From positions 1 to 64,000 of IMG/VR virus record IMGVR_UViG_3300010354_000064: DNA of 64,000 nucleotides; one strand, written 5' to 3'. The first letter of the stretch is position 1. Every line of letters begins with the position of its first letter. Made by a program: the position numbers and the translations under genes. Below the pieces are notes generated by a model. It saw only the letters and a list, made by a program, of their open reading frames with translations, made no database searches and was not told where the DNA came from. Shown piece after piece: positions 38,089 through 47,145 of this stretch. The DNA comes from a virus.

Positions 38089-39513
38089 CTACCCTCTCCC
38101 CGGCCAAGTAAGCTCGAACTCGCGTCGCCATTGTTCGGGGGTGAGGATTTGGTGCCCATCTGCTTCTTCGACCCCGGCAAAGTTGAGCGCCAGCGGCGCG
38201 TGGTCACGGCCCCTCGGCTTCTGACGAGCGACTGCCTGATGGTCGAAGTCCGTGAGCGCGGCGATGTCGCCAGAGCCGAGACTCCCGATGCCGTCGGTGC
38301 GTACCACACCTTTCCCATTCGGTGAAGGTTTCGATGCAGGAATAGGAGCCGGAACTGGGGCAGGAGCAGGAGCAGGCGGAGGTGCAGCCACCGCCGCCGG
38401 GGCAGGCGGAGGGGTCACTGGGGCGGCCGGAAGCGGAGCAGCCACGACCAGAACGGGCGCGGCGACAGGACCAGAAGTCGTCGGGATGCCCCCAGAGAGG
38501 CGGAGCACGTCGCAGAGGAGCGACACCTTCGAGGCGTACCGCTGACGAAGGAAGTGCTCGGCGAGCCGCACCACGTTGTCGCCGTAGGCGTCGTAAACCC
38601 GCTGCCCGAGGCTCTTGTCTACGTACACGAAGTCCGCGAACATCCCGTGCCTCAGCCGAAACGTGTTCATGGCCGCCTCGGCAAGGCCAGCCGACACGTC
38701 CTCGGGGCTCACCCGTTCGCAGAGGCCCTCGACAAGTTCGATGGCGCGCTTCGGGGTACCGAGCGCCAGAAGCACCTCGTAGTAGGTCGAGACGACAGAG
38801 AGGTGCAGGTACTCGCGCACGTTGTCGAGGTTGACCCGCCCCATCTGGGCAATCATCTCCAGCCGGTTCACGACATCGCGAACGTGGCCGCCCGAGTAGT
38901 CGATGACGGTGAGCACGCCATCGTCCTCGTGTTCAACCCCCTCGGCATCGAGGATGCGGTTCATCCGTTCGAGCACGTCCTCGCGCGTGATTTTGCGGAT
39001 GGCGTACTCCTCACAGCGGGAGCGGATGGGGCCTCGGATTTTCTCGGGCTCGGTCGTGCAGAACACGCCGACCATCTTCTTCTCTTCGAGCGGCTTCAGG
39101 AGAACGTCCTGAGCATCCCGGCTCATCCGGTGCGCCTCGTCGAACACGTAGACGCGCTTCGCGGCATTGAAGACCGCGAACGGAAGGTCATCGACAATGG
39201 CCCGGATGTTCTCGATGGTGCCGCCCGATGCCGCATCCTGCTCGACGTAGGCCCCCGGCTGACCGTTGAGCACGTCGCGGCAGTTGTCGCACTCGTTGCA
39301 GGGCTCGGGGTCAGCCTTGTCGAGATTCTGGCAAAGCATGGCCCGCGCGTGGATACGGGCAAGGGTGGTCTTCCCCTGCCCGTGCCCACCCGCGAAGATG
39401 TAGGACACGTCGAGCGCGGTGCCTTTGGCGAGCCGCGCCTTGAGTAGCTGAACGGTACCCGATTGACCGAGCACGTCACCGAACTTGAGGGGGCGATAGC
39501 GGGTGTCCCACAC
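38089..39513 (-). CDS. dnaX: DNA polymerase III clamp loader gamma/tau subunit
   Basis: RYRP..F.DVLGQ, G..GQGKTT.ARI, PCNECDNC, DAAS, DEAH, IRSRC, G.VRD. Confidence 0.93.
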   Translation of the reverse strand: MWDTRYRPLKFGDVLGQSGTVQLLKARLAKGTALDVSYIFAGGHGQGKTTLARIHARAMLCQNLDKADPEPCNECDNCRDVLNGQPGAYVEQDAASGGTIENIRAIVDDLPFAVFNAAKRVYVFDEAHRMSRDAQDVLLKPLEEKKMVGVFCTTEPEKIRGPIRSRCEEYAIRKITREDVLERMNRILDAEGVEHEDDGVLTVIDYSGGHVRDVVNRLEMIAQMGRVNLDNVREYLHLSVVSTYYEVLLALGTPKRAIELVEGLCERVSPEDVSAGLAEAAMNTFRLRHGMFADFVYVDKSLGQRVYDAYGDNVVRLAEHFLRQRYASKVSLLCDVLRLSGGIPTTSGPVAAPVLVVAAPLPAAPVTPPPAPAAVAAPPPAPAPAPVPAPIPASKPSPNGKGVVRTDGIGSLGSGDIAALTDFDHQAVARQKPRGRDHAPLALNFAGVEEADGHQILTPEQWRREFELTWPGRG

Positions 39514-39524
39514 GGTGTGCGCCC

Positions 39525-40016
39525 TTAGACCGAGGCCATCACGCCATCGACAGACGCCGAAGCCACCACGTCCTCGACCATGCCGTCGATGTCCACGGTC
39601 TTGGCGACGCTCGCGAAACCAGCGAGGTCGTCGTTCCAGGCACCATGACGACGAAGGATGGCCGTGAACTCGGACACGTCGGGTTCGCGAGTCGTCCAGT
39701 TCATGTCGCCGGTCTTCTCGTCTTCCTCACCCGTGCAGCGTTCGAGCAGGTGGTCCACGAGTGCCTGCCGCTGCTCCTCGGACTTCTCGTTCCATTGGTC
39801 GAGAGCGACCTCGACGATGAAGTCGCACTCCAGCAGGTACTCCAGCGAACCGCTGACCTTGCGCACCTTGCCGTTGACGGGGCGGCCACCCTTGCTGCTC
39901 GCCTTGTCCACGAACAGGTACTTGATGCGCGCGGTGGCGATTTCCGGGTGGTACATCGGAATGAGGTTCGAGGCGACGGCCTCGACAGACTCAGCGTCGG
40001 AATACAGCTTCGGCAT
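39525..40016 (-). CDS. Putative phage metallopeptidase-like protein
   Basis: ARIKYLF...GK...DFIVEV...W....QRQALVDHLL..C...PDV.EF..I.RRHG; the HExxH motif is degenerate (HLLER). Confidence 0.65.
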   Translation of the reverse strand: MPKLYSDAESVEAVASNLIPMYHPEIATARIKYLFVDKASSKGGRPVNGKVRKVSGSLEYLLECDFIVEVALDQWNEKSEEQRQALVDHLLERCTGEEDEKTGDMNWTTREPDVSEFTAILRRHGAWNDDLAGFASVAKTVDIDGMVEDVVASASVDGVMASV

Positions 40017-40737
40017 CGGGGAACTCCATAGGGTCAGTAGACCGCAGCACGGTCTGGATGAATCGGCCAACTTGCTCGTCACCCCAAGCCTCCCAGAGTT
40101 CGCCTGGGTCTTTCGTCGGGTTGGGGCTTCCTAGCACACGAGCTTGGGGATAATACACCGTCTCCACACGAAAATCGCGGCCATGTGTGCGGGTAAAGTC
40201 CGCCGCCGCCGCACGACCAGCAGCGTCAACGTCGTAGCCCACCCATACCTGCCGCACCATTCGACGCATGACGCGGATGAGGCTTTCGGGGACGCGAGCC
40301 GTAAGCGTGGCAACTACCCCAGGAAAGTGTCGCTGGATGGGGAACAGGTCGAAGGCCCCCTCGACGAGCCAGATACCCCCAGTACGCCAGACGTGAGGCA
40401 TCGCCTGCGCGAGCCCGAAGAGCACGCACTCCTCCTTGTAGGGGATGAAGTCGAGGTAGCCCTTCCGCGCGCGGTCAACGTGCCGGAACTGAAACCCGTG
40501 AACGACCCCCAAGGTACTGGTGAGCGGGAACACGAGCACGTCGTCGAGCCGCGCTCCTTGGTGCGCCCACTTGAGGAAGTCCTCCATCCCATCGAGGTCG
40601 GGAAGGCTTCGGTCGAGATACCCTATGCGATACTCAGCGATTTGGTCGTCCGACACGCCGCGCGCGTAAAGCGCCTCACGAACCCCGTCGGTGAGGTTCG
40701 TCTGAGCGTGCGCGGTCAAGTCGTCGAGCCACGTCAC
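39991..40737 (-). CDS. DnaG-type primase core (Toprim), no N-terminal zinc-binding domain
   Basis: ARGVS...YRIGY, LVFPL...GF..R, LFGL, LVEGAFD, GYDVDAAG, KDPGE. Confidence 0.8.
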   Translation of the reverse strand: MTWLDDLTAHAQTNLTDGVREALYARGVSDDQIAEYRIGYLDRSLPDLDGMEDFLKWAHQGARLDDVLVFPLTSTLGVVHGFQFRHVDRARKGYLDFIPYKEECVLFGLAQAMPHVWRTGGIWLVEGAFDLFPIQRHFPGVVATLTARVPESLIRVMRRMVRQVWVGYDVDAAGRAAAADFTRTHGRDFRVETVYYPQARVLGSPNPTKDPGELWEAWGDEQVGRFIQTVLRSTDPMEFPDAEAVFRR

Positions 40738-41330
40738 GTCACCACCATGAGGGCCTGGTCGGCGCGTTGAAGCACAACCCCAAGGTGCTCTCCGGTGCGG
40801 ACGTAACTGCCCACCAACGCGGGCATCGCAGCGACGAACCCGGCTCGTCCAGGCAGGTCCGCCAGAAGTACAGTGACCCCAGAGACGACCGCCACCTCGC
40901 TTCGCGTCCGCATGGCCGCCCATGCCTCATCGAGGTTCACGTCCAAGCCGGGCGTGATTTCGGCGAGCAGCTTCGGGGATGCGACGATGGTGTGCGGCTC
41001 CATGCTGTTGAGTTGAAGCCGGTGAATGGCCTCCTGTACATTGGTACACCGGCCAGGCCAGTTCGGTCGCGAAGAAAGCACACGATGAAGCTCGACCAGG
41101 AGGGCGTCGTCCTGCCCGACGGGAATGGGCGAGAAGCCGTACCGAACGATGCCTTCCCGCGAAGGTCGGGTCTGAAGGAACATGCCGCGCATGTTCGTGA
41201 CGAAGAACGGCCCGTCGGTCGGGTCGGCGACGCGCTCCCCGAGGGCAGGAATGGAGAAGCCCCCTTGCCGGGCAGCCCGCTGTCGGACGCGCTCGGTTGC
41301 GAGCAGCCGCTCAAGAGCCGTGAACGCCAT
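40734..41330 (-). CDS. Hypothetical protein
   Basis: Start MAFTAL at 41330; coupled to the primase gene. Confidence 0.6.
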   Translation of the reverse strand: MAFTALERLLATERVRQRAARQGGFSIPALGERVADPTDGPFFVTNMRGMFLQTRPSREGIVRYGFSPIPVGQDDALLVELHRVLSSRPNWPGRCTNVQEAIHRLQLNSMEPHTIVASPKLLAEITPGLDVNLDEAWAAMRTRSEVAVVSGVTVLLADLPGRAGFVAAMPALVGSYVRTGEHLGVVLQRADQALMVVT

Positions 41331-41859
41331 CGTCGCCCTCAGCCGGGAGAAGCCCAGCCACGGTACGGACGGGCTCGGTGCGAAGGCGCAGGAACCGGAA
41401 CCAGAGCCGCTTCCACCAGGGCAAGTGGTAGTTCGGAGTGCTCTCGTCCAGAGCCCAGAGAAGGGCGGCCACGGCAGGCAAGTTCGCGGAGAGCCACACC
41501 TCGTCCTCGACCTCTCGACGGAAGTCAGCGAGGATGTCCTCCTTCGTCCTAGTCGGCGTAAAGCTCGGGCACCGCTGGGCGTCGAGGGGCTCGTCGCAGA
41601 TGTCCCCCTGCCACTCGGCGGGGTCGTCCGCACCAAGCATACAGAGCCCGATGGTCTGCACGACCGGCAAATGCCGACGGTCCACCCGGTTGAAGCCGTC
41701 GTTCGGTTCCCCAGCGACTTCCTTGCGGGAGTCGAGCGGCTGACGATGGTTGTGCTGGCAGCGTCCCGGTAGCCGCTGGTTAGCCTCCGCTACGCGCCGG
41801 TCTAGTTCCGCTAGCAGCAGGGTGTGGATGCGGTTCTGGATTTCATCTCGGTTCTTCAT
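41311..41859 (-). CDS. Hypothetical Cys-containing protein
   Basis: ATGA overlap; RCQHNH...GLC...ICDE...RCP. Confidence 0.65.
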   Translation of the reverse strand: MKNRDEIQNRIHTLLLAELDRRVAEANQRLPGRCQHNHRQPLDSRKEVAGEPNDGFNRVDRRHLPVVQTIGLCMLGADDPAEWQGDICDEPLDAQRCPSFTPTRTKEDILADFRREVEDEVWLSANLPAVAALLWALDESTPNYHLPWWKRLWFRFLRLRTEPVRTVAGLLPAEGDDGVHGS

Positions 41860-42539
41860 CGGTGCCCTCGGATGCGCTTGAGCCCCAGGCTCCACGTCCC
41901 GTCGTCCTGCGTGTCCTCAGTCCCCTGGTAGGCCGTGTGCGCGTGGTCGAGGTAGGACTGCTTGTGGGTAATCATCAGCAGGTCGATGCCCGTCGAGTCC
42001 GCCAGCTTGCACAGGAACTTGCCCGCCTGGTCGGTGTACTCGTCGCTGACCGCTGCCAACGTCTCGTCGAGAAGAAGCAGGGGGCGCTTCTTCAGCCGGA
42101 GAAGCGCGAGCAGCCGGAGCACGAGCGACGCAACGCTTGATGGCCCACCCCCGAAGGATTCCAGAGGGTGCCCTCGGATGACCGTTTCGTCCGCGCCTTG
42201 GCGCAGAAAGAAGTCGATGGCGACCTTGTTGTACTTGGTCCCGACTTCGGCCTCGAAGGCGAGCGACTGGTCGTGGAAGATGGTGTGAAGGCCCTCGGTG
42301 ACGATGCCTTCGATGCCCTTCACTTGGTCGAGCACGAGCCTGTCCATCAGCACACGAAGAAGCTCGCCGACCTTGGTGAGCTTCTCGATGCTCTCCGACA
42401 GACTCGCCACCTCGGCCTCCTTCTCAGCCACTTCGGCCACAAGGGCGTCTCGCGCCACTTGCAGCCGAAGGGCTCTCCGGGATAGCTCGCGGGTACGCGC
42501 CGTCAGTCCTTCGAGGGCATGAACCGGGTCACTCGGCAT
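41856..42539 (-). CDS. SbcC/Rad50-like ATPase, C-terminal half
   Basis: Coiled coil, then signature FGGG, Walker B LLLLDE, H-loop LMITHK. Confidence 0.85.
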   Translation of the reverse strand: MPSDPVHALEGLTARTRELSRRALRLQVARDALVAEVAEKEAEVASLSESIEKLTKVGELLRVLMDRLVLDQVKGIEGIVTEGLHTIFHDQSLAFEAEVGTKYNKVAIDFFLRQGADETVIRGHPLESFGGGPSSVASLVLRLLALLRLKKRPLLLLDETLAAVSDEYTDQAGKFLCKLADSTGIDLLMITHKQSYLDHAHTAYQGTEDTQDDGTWSLGLKRIRGHR

Positions 42540-43747
42540 CGGTACGTGTTCTCCGGCTGCGTTTCTACACCGCTTCCGCCGATGACCTTGCCATCACCGT
42601 CGATGAGAAACTCGTCGATGGTGCGAAGCATCGCCTGGTCCTTCGGGCGGCGCTCGTCAGCCGGGAGAATCATGACCCGCATCTCCAGACGGTCGCCCTT
42701 CGCGCCTTCGAGGAGGTCGATGAGGTGGTAGAGGTTGACCCCGAAGGTGAAGTCGCGGCTCTCGGAACCATCCTTGGGGAGCACGGGCACCGGGAAGCTC
42801 TTTGCCTTCGAGTTGCCCTCGACGACCGAGAAACTCAGTTCGTTCGATGCCGCCGTGTAGGTCAGGCGGATTTTGTCCCGCTTCGCGTCGAGTTCGGTCT
42901 TCGTGTACTTCAGCGCGTTCACGAGAGCGCGCACAGGCACGTCGAAGACGAACTTGTCGTTCTTCAGCGCGTAGTAGGCGTACTTCGAGTGGGTCTTCGT
43001 GTGGTGAGCCCAGCCGAGCACCCGCCCCTTGCCGTCGATGGCGAAGGTCATGTTCTGGCCGGTCTTGATGGTGACCGTGCTCTCGCACTTGCCGAGGAAG
43101 CTCGACACGAAGGGAAGGTGCTGCCCGTGAAGCCCGAGGCCCTTGCCCTTGAAGGCGTCGCAGTAGAAGTAGAACGCCTGCGTGCCGTTCGCGCCGAAGA
43201 GCGTGCCGTCACCCTTCGCCCACGCCTCGTTCGATTCGTCGAAAACCTGGATGGCCTTGTACTGGTCTTCGGCCTTGTTGTCTTGGGGCTTGGCGAGGAA
43301 GGGCTTGGCGAGGCTGATGGACTCGCGGAGGATAGCGACCGAGAAGTCGCGCTCGTTCGAGGCTGCCTCCACGTCCTTATCGCAAGACGCCATGAGCTTG
43401 GGGTCGTAGCTCGTGCGCTCCGAGCCCGCGCCGCTGCCCGACGTGTATTTGACGGTGTGAACGTCGCCGCTGCTGGTGGCCTCGAAGGTCAGCACCTCGT
43501 CCTGAAGGAACCGAAAGCCCTCGATGTAGTCGGCAGGGTAGATGAACGACCCCTCGCCTTCAACATCGGACACGGGGAAGTCCGCCCGCGCGACGTGCAG
43601 CGAGTCGCGGCTGTAGACGAAGCACGTCTCCCCTCGGATGACGAAGAGGTAGCCCTTACCACCCTGCGGGGTGATGGGGCGGGGCGGGACGATGGACACG
43701 ATGTCGAGGGCCGCGTTGAGGTCGGCAGCCTTGGCCTGAAATTTCAT
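42503..43747 (-). CDS. DNA polymerase III beta sliding clamp-like protein
   Basis: MKF....DL.AAL.IVS.V N-terminus, EGEGS, ~400 aa; clamp-loader genes nearby. Confidence 0.7.
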   Translation of the reverse strand: MKFQAKAADLNAALDIVSIVPPRPITPQGGKGYLFVIRGETCFVYSRDSLHVARADFPVSDVEGEGSFIYPADYIEGFRFLQDEVLTFEATSSGDVHTVKYTSGSGAGSERTSYDPKLMASCDKDVEAASNERDFSVAILRESISLAKPFLAKPQDNKAEDQYKAIQVFDESNEAWAKGDGTLFGANGTQAFYFYCDAFKGKGLGLHGQHLPFVSSFLGKCESTVTIKTGQNMTFAIDGKGRVLGWAHHTKTHSKYAYYALKNDKFVFDVPVRALVNALKYTKTELDAKRDKIRLTYTAASNELSFSVVEGNSKAKSFPVPVLPKDGSESRDFTFGVNLYHLIDLLEGAKGDRLEMRVMILPADERRPKDQAMLRTIDEFLIDGDGKVIGGSGVETQPENTYRCRVTRFMPSKD

Positions 43748-43760
43748 CTGGGTGTTCCTC

Positions 43761-44036
43761 TCACTTCTTGGTGTCGTAGCTCGCCAGCGCGGCCTCGACG
43801 GCTACGAGGTCCGTCTCGTAAGTCGCAATCATCTCGGTCAACTGCCCCTGCACCTTGTCGCGCTCCTCGCGCAACGTCTTGGGGTCGTAGCCAGCCGCCC
43901 TGATTTCGACGATGAGTTGCGCAAGCTCCTCCTTCTTCGCCTGGAGCTTGCCACTCAGGTTCGACTTCTTCGTGTTGACGACCTCGGTTCGCTTCGCCAA
44001 GTCGTCGATTTTCTTACGTAGTTCTTCCGGGGTCAT
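43761..44036 (-). CDS. Small coiled-coil protein
   Basis: Heptad pattern with a central GYDP turn. Confidence 0.7.
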   Translation of the reverse strand: MTPEELRKKIDDLAKRTEVVNTKKSNLSGKLQAKKEELAQLIVEIRAAGYDPKTLREERDKVQGQLTEMIATYETDLVAVEAALASYDTKK

Positions 44037-44051
44037 CGCATCTCCGTGAGG

Positions 44052-44942
44052 CTAGAAGCCGACATCTTCTACACCTACGCCATCACCGACGGTATCGATT
44101 TGGCGAGACAGGAATGTCTCGCCGTCGATGCAGACCGGCCGGTATGCGCAGAGGTTACACTTACCACTAGGCTGGGCAGGGAACGTCGTGGGGAGCAGGG
44201 GCAGGGGGTTCTCCGACTGAGCAAGGAGCCTCTTGCCTTGCTCGATGTGTTGCACGCTGTCTAGTACACCGGCCAGCAGGTCATCGAGCGACTTCTCGTC
44301 GAAGGCTACCCAATCGAGGCTGTTTTCGGGCTCCTGCCGCCAGTAGACGAAGCCGAGGCGGTCGGGCGCGTGCCCGAACTTGCGACGGTGAAGCATCGCG
44401 TACCACCATAGCTGCTGGGGATCGACGTACTTGTCCCGGTGCCGCGAACCCTTGCCGTCGAGGATGACCAAATCCCCGTGAGGCTTCACGCGCCGGATGA
44501 TGAAGTCCGCGCGCCCCCCAATCATGTGCCCGTCGATGAGCGAGTCGAGCTTGACCTCGGCGTCGGCGGGCTGGCCGAGTAGCCGGTGGTGCCGAACGAT
44601 GCCGATGCCTCTTGGGATGGCCTTCATGACCTCACGCCGCAGCGTGTCGCGGGACTTGTAGTTGGCCCTCTTGTCCTCCCAGTCGAAGACCCCCGTCTCG
44701 CTCTCGCGCCGGATGATGCTGTCGAGGGTGGGGTCCACCATCGCTTCGAGAAGCTCTTGGACCCCCTTCTGCATCCAGATGCGCTCGTTATAGAACGCCT
44801 CGAAGATGGTCCCGACAGTCGAGCCGTAAAGCGCGTTCACCCGGTTATCGGGGGTGTCGAGCTTCGTCTTGCCGATGTAGCGATGCCAGTACTGCCGGGG
44901 GCAGTCCTTGTACGTCTTATGGCCGGAGTAGGAGAGGTACAC
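44052..44942 (-). CDS. PD-(D/E)XK (RecB/Cas4-like) nuclease
   Basis: LSYS...CPRQYW, GRADF, ILDGKG, QL.WYA, CNLCAYRPVC. Confidence 0.85.
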   Translation of the reverse strand: MYLSYSGHKTYKDCPRQYWHRYIGKTKLDTPDNRVNALYGSTVGTIFEAFYNERIWMQKGVQELLEAMVDPTLDSIIRRESETGVFDWEDKRANYKSRDTLRREVMKAIPRGIGIVRHHRLLGQPADAEVKLDSLIDGHMIGGRADFIIRRVKPHGDLVILDGKGSRHRDKYVDPQQLWWYAMLHRRKFGHAPDRLGFVYWRQEPENSLDWVAFDEKSLDDLLAGVLDSVQHIEQGKRLLAQSENPLPLLPTTFPAQPSGKCNLCAYRPVCIDGETFLSRQIDTVGDGVGVEDVGF

Positions 44943-44943
44943 G

Positions 44944-45924
44944 TCAACCCACTTCTGCGCGAGCGCGTTCGAGATACCCAAGAGCCAAGTCCCGCACTTC
45001 CCTGGCGAAGTCCAGAGCTTGCAAGTTGGCCTCAATGCTCAGAGATGGGTCATACTCGGCGCTCGCACGGAGGGTGGCGACGAAGTTGTCGATTTCGACA
45101 CCCTCGGCCTCCGCGCGCTCCTTGCGCTCGAAGTCGAACACGTCGGCGGCAGGGGCAACAATCATGGGCATCGTGACCGTCACGATGCCGCTCGGCTGCA
45201 CCTCCAGCAGGGTGGCGCTCGGGGTTCGCTCGATGTTCTCGCGGATGAGGGCTCCTCGGGAGAGCGCCCCTTGGTTGACGAACTGCTTGCCTCCGACCTC
45301 GATAATGCCCTGGTCTTTGTGCCAATGCCCGAAGCACCACACGTCGGGACCGTCGGGGGTCACGAGGTCGGGGTAACGGAAGACGGGCTCGCCGAAGAAA
45401 TCCTCGACGCTCGGAGGCGGGTCGGCCCCCGCGAGCGCGTGGACGATAGCGATGAGGAAGTCGTCCCCCGGCTGCTTCTGGATGGCGAGTAGCTCGTCGA
45501 GCTTGCGGAACGGGCTGTAGGGCACACCGACCACCCGGACACGCATCCCCCCGTCCTCGAATACGGCCTCTCGGAGGTGCTCGAAGACCTTGGCGGCGTA
45601 GAGCACACCGAGAGGCTGCTTCGGCACGGAGTCGAGGTTGTTGTAGGCGATGTCGTGGTTGCCCTCGACGCAGTAGACGGGGCAAGGGTAGGCCCGGTGA
45701 ACCTCGGCCGTCCGCGCCACGACCGCGTGAGGGTTCCGGGTGGCCGCCTTGACGTGGAAGTAGTCGCCCCCGTCGAGCACGGCCTTCACGCCGTGCTTCC
45801 GCGCAAGCTGACCGACCTGCTCCAGGTTCGACCAGACCTCGGAGGGGTAATCCCCCTTCCACGAGGACGGGCTGCGGTCGCTGACGTGCGTATCGGTGCG
45901 GAACAGGAAGGCGAGCCGGGGCAT
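44944..45924 (-). CDS. SbcD/Mre11-like metallophosphoesterase nuclease
   Basis: TDTH, GGDYFH, GNHD, GHWH, NQGAL.R. Confidence 0.9.
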   Translation of the reverse strand: MPRLAFLFRTDTHVSDRSPSSWKGDYPSEVWSNLEQVGQLARKHGVKAVLDGGDYFHVKAATRNPHAVVARTAEVHRAYPCPVYCVEGNHDIAYNNLDSVPKQPLGVLYAAKVFEHLREAVFEDGGMRVRVVGVPYSPFRKLDELLAIQKQPGDDFLIAIVHALAGADPPPSVEDFFGEPVFRYPDLVTPDGPDVWCFGHWHKDQGIIEVGGKQFVNQGALSRGALIRENIERTPSATLLEVQPSGIVTVTMPMIVAPAADVFDFERKERAEAEGVEIDNFVATLRASAEYDPSLSIEANLQALDFAREVRDLALGYLERARAEVG

Positions 45925-45928
45925 GAGG

Positions 45929-47143
45929 CTACTCTACACCTCCGCACTCCGCAACGGAGCGCGCACACGTCGGGCAGACGCCAAGTTCGTCTTGCTCTGC
46001 CTTGATGGCCGTTTCCTCTGTCAGAACGACCGCGAGTTCATCGTCCAGGCTCTTGACCAGAGCCATCAGGTTCGTGTGCTTGGTGAGCAGGGCGTCGAGG
46101 GCCGTGAGCCGGTCGCGCGCTTCCGTGAGCGCCTTGGCCTCGGGCACCGGAGCCGACTCAACCGCCTTCCAGGGGCCAAGCCAGCCCTTCATCTCGACGA
46201 GCTTGGCGACCCATCCGTCGAGACGAGTCAGAGCCTTGGATGCGTCACCGAGCGCGGCGGCGGACGGCACCTGCACGTCCTCGACACCCGAGAGGCGGGC
46301 AATCTCCTGCTCTCGGGCTAGCTTCCGGGCCAGGAACTCATCGAGGGCATCAAGCCGCTCCTCCTCGGCGCGCAACGTCGAGGGGTCGGGGATGACGATG
46401 GCCGTGACCTTCCCAAGCTCACGGACTACCCCTGCGAGCGACGACAGTTGCCCGAGGAACTCGTCTACCCGCTGGAGAGCGCGCTCCTGCTTCTCGATGG
46501 CAACGTGACGGTCAGCGATGGCTTGGGCATCGGCCAAAGCAGTATCGAGCCCGTCGTAGGCGACGAGCTTGGTGCGAAGGTCGGTCACGTCCTTCTCGCG
46601 GACCTTGCGGGTCGAGACGGCTTCCTTGCGGTCACGCTCCGCGAGCCGCATGGCCGCGTTGATGCGGTCGAGCCGCGCCACGTCCGAGAGGGTATCGGCA
46701 ACGGCCCCACCCGTCTGGTCGAGCAGGAAGATGGGGCTGAACTGGTCGGCGACCTGGAGCATCTCCTGCCGGTCGCCGACCTTCACGGGAGCGAAGTCGG
46801 GCTGAAGGAAGTCCGGCGTTCCGCGCTCGGCCTTGTCGTAGACCGCCCCGTTGAACGTGTAGCGGTTGATGGCGTCGCCCTTCTCCCAGAGGAGGTCGAA
46901 GCCCTCGGCGACCATGTGGACGGAGGCGAAGCACTTGCAGGTTTTCGCCTTCTTGGTGCGCCGGAGGCAGGCTGCCCCGTGACGGACGAACGAAGACGCA
47001 GGTGCCCCCGTGAGGGCCGCCTTCACGGCTCTCACGAGGGCACTCTTACCGATGTTGCTGCGCCCGACGATGACGGTGAACCCGTCAATGCGGAAGGCTG
47101 CCTTCTCGATAGACTGGAAGTTACGGACTTCGACCTCGACCAC
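45929..47143 (-). CDS. SbcC/Rad50-like ATPase, N-terminal half
   Basis: VRNFQSI, Walker A GRSNIGKS, Q-loop DQF, coiled coil ending in zinc-hook CPTC. Confidence 0.88.
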   Translation of the reverse strand: MVEVEVRNFQSIEKAAFRIDGFTVIVGRSNIGKSALVRAVKAALTGAPASSFVRHGAACLRRTKKAKTCKCFASVHMVAEGFDLLWEKGDAINRYTFNGAVYDKAERGTPDFLQPDFAPVKVGDRQEMLQVADQFSPIFLLDQTGGAVADTLSDVARLDRINAAMRLAERDRKEAVSTRKVREKDVTDLRTKLVAYDGLDTALADAQAIADRHVAIEKQERALQRVDEFLGQLSSLAGVVRELGKVTAIVIPDPSTLRAEEERLDALDEFLARKLAREQEIARLSGVEDVQVPSAAALGDASKALTRLDGWVAKLVEMKGWLGPWKAVESAPVPEAKALTEARDRLTALDALLTKHTNLMALVKSLDDELAVVLTEETAIKAEQDELGVCPTCARSVAECGGVE

Positions 47144-47145
47144 GG

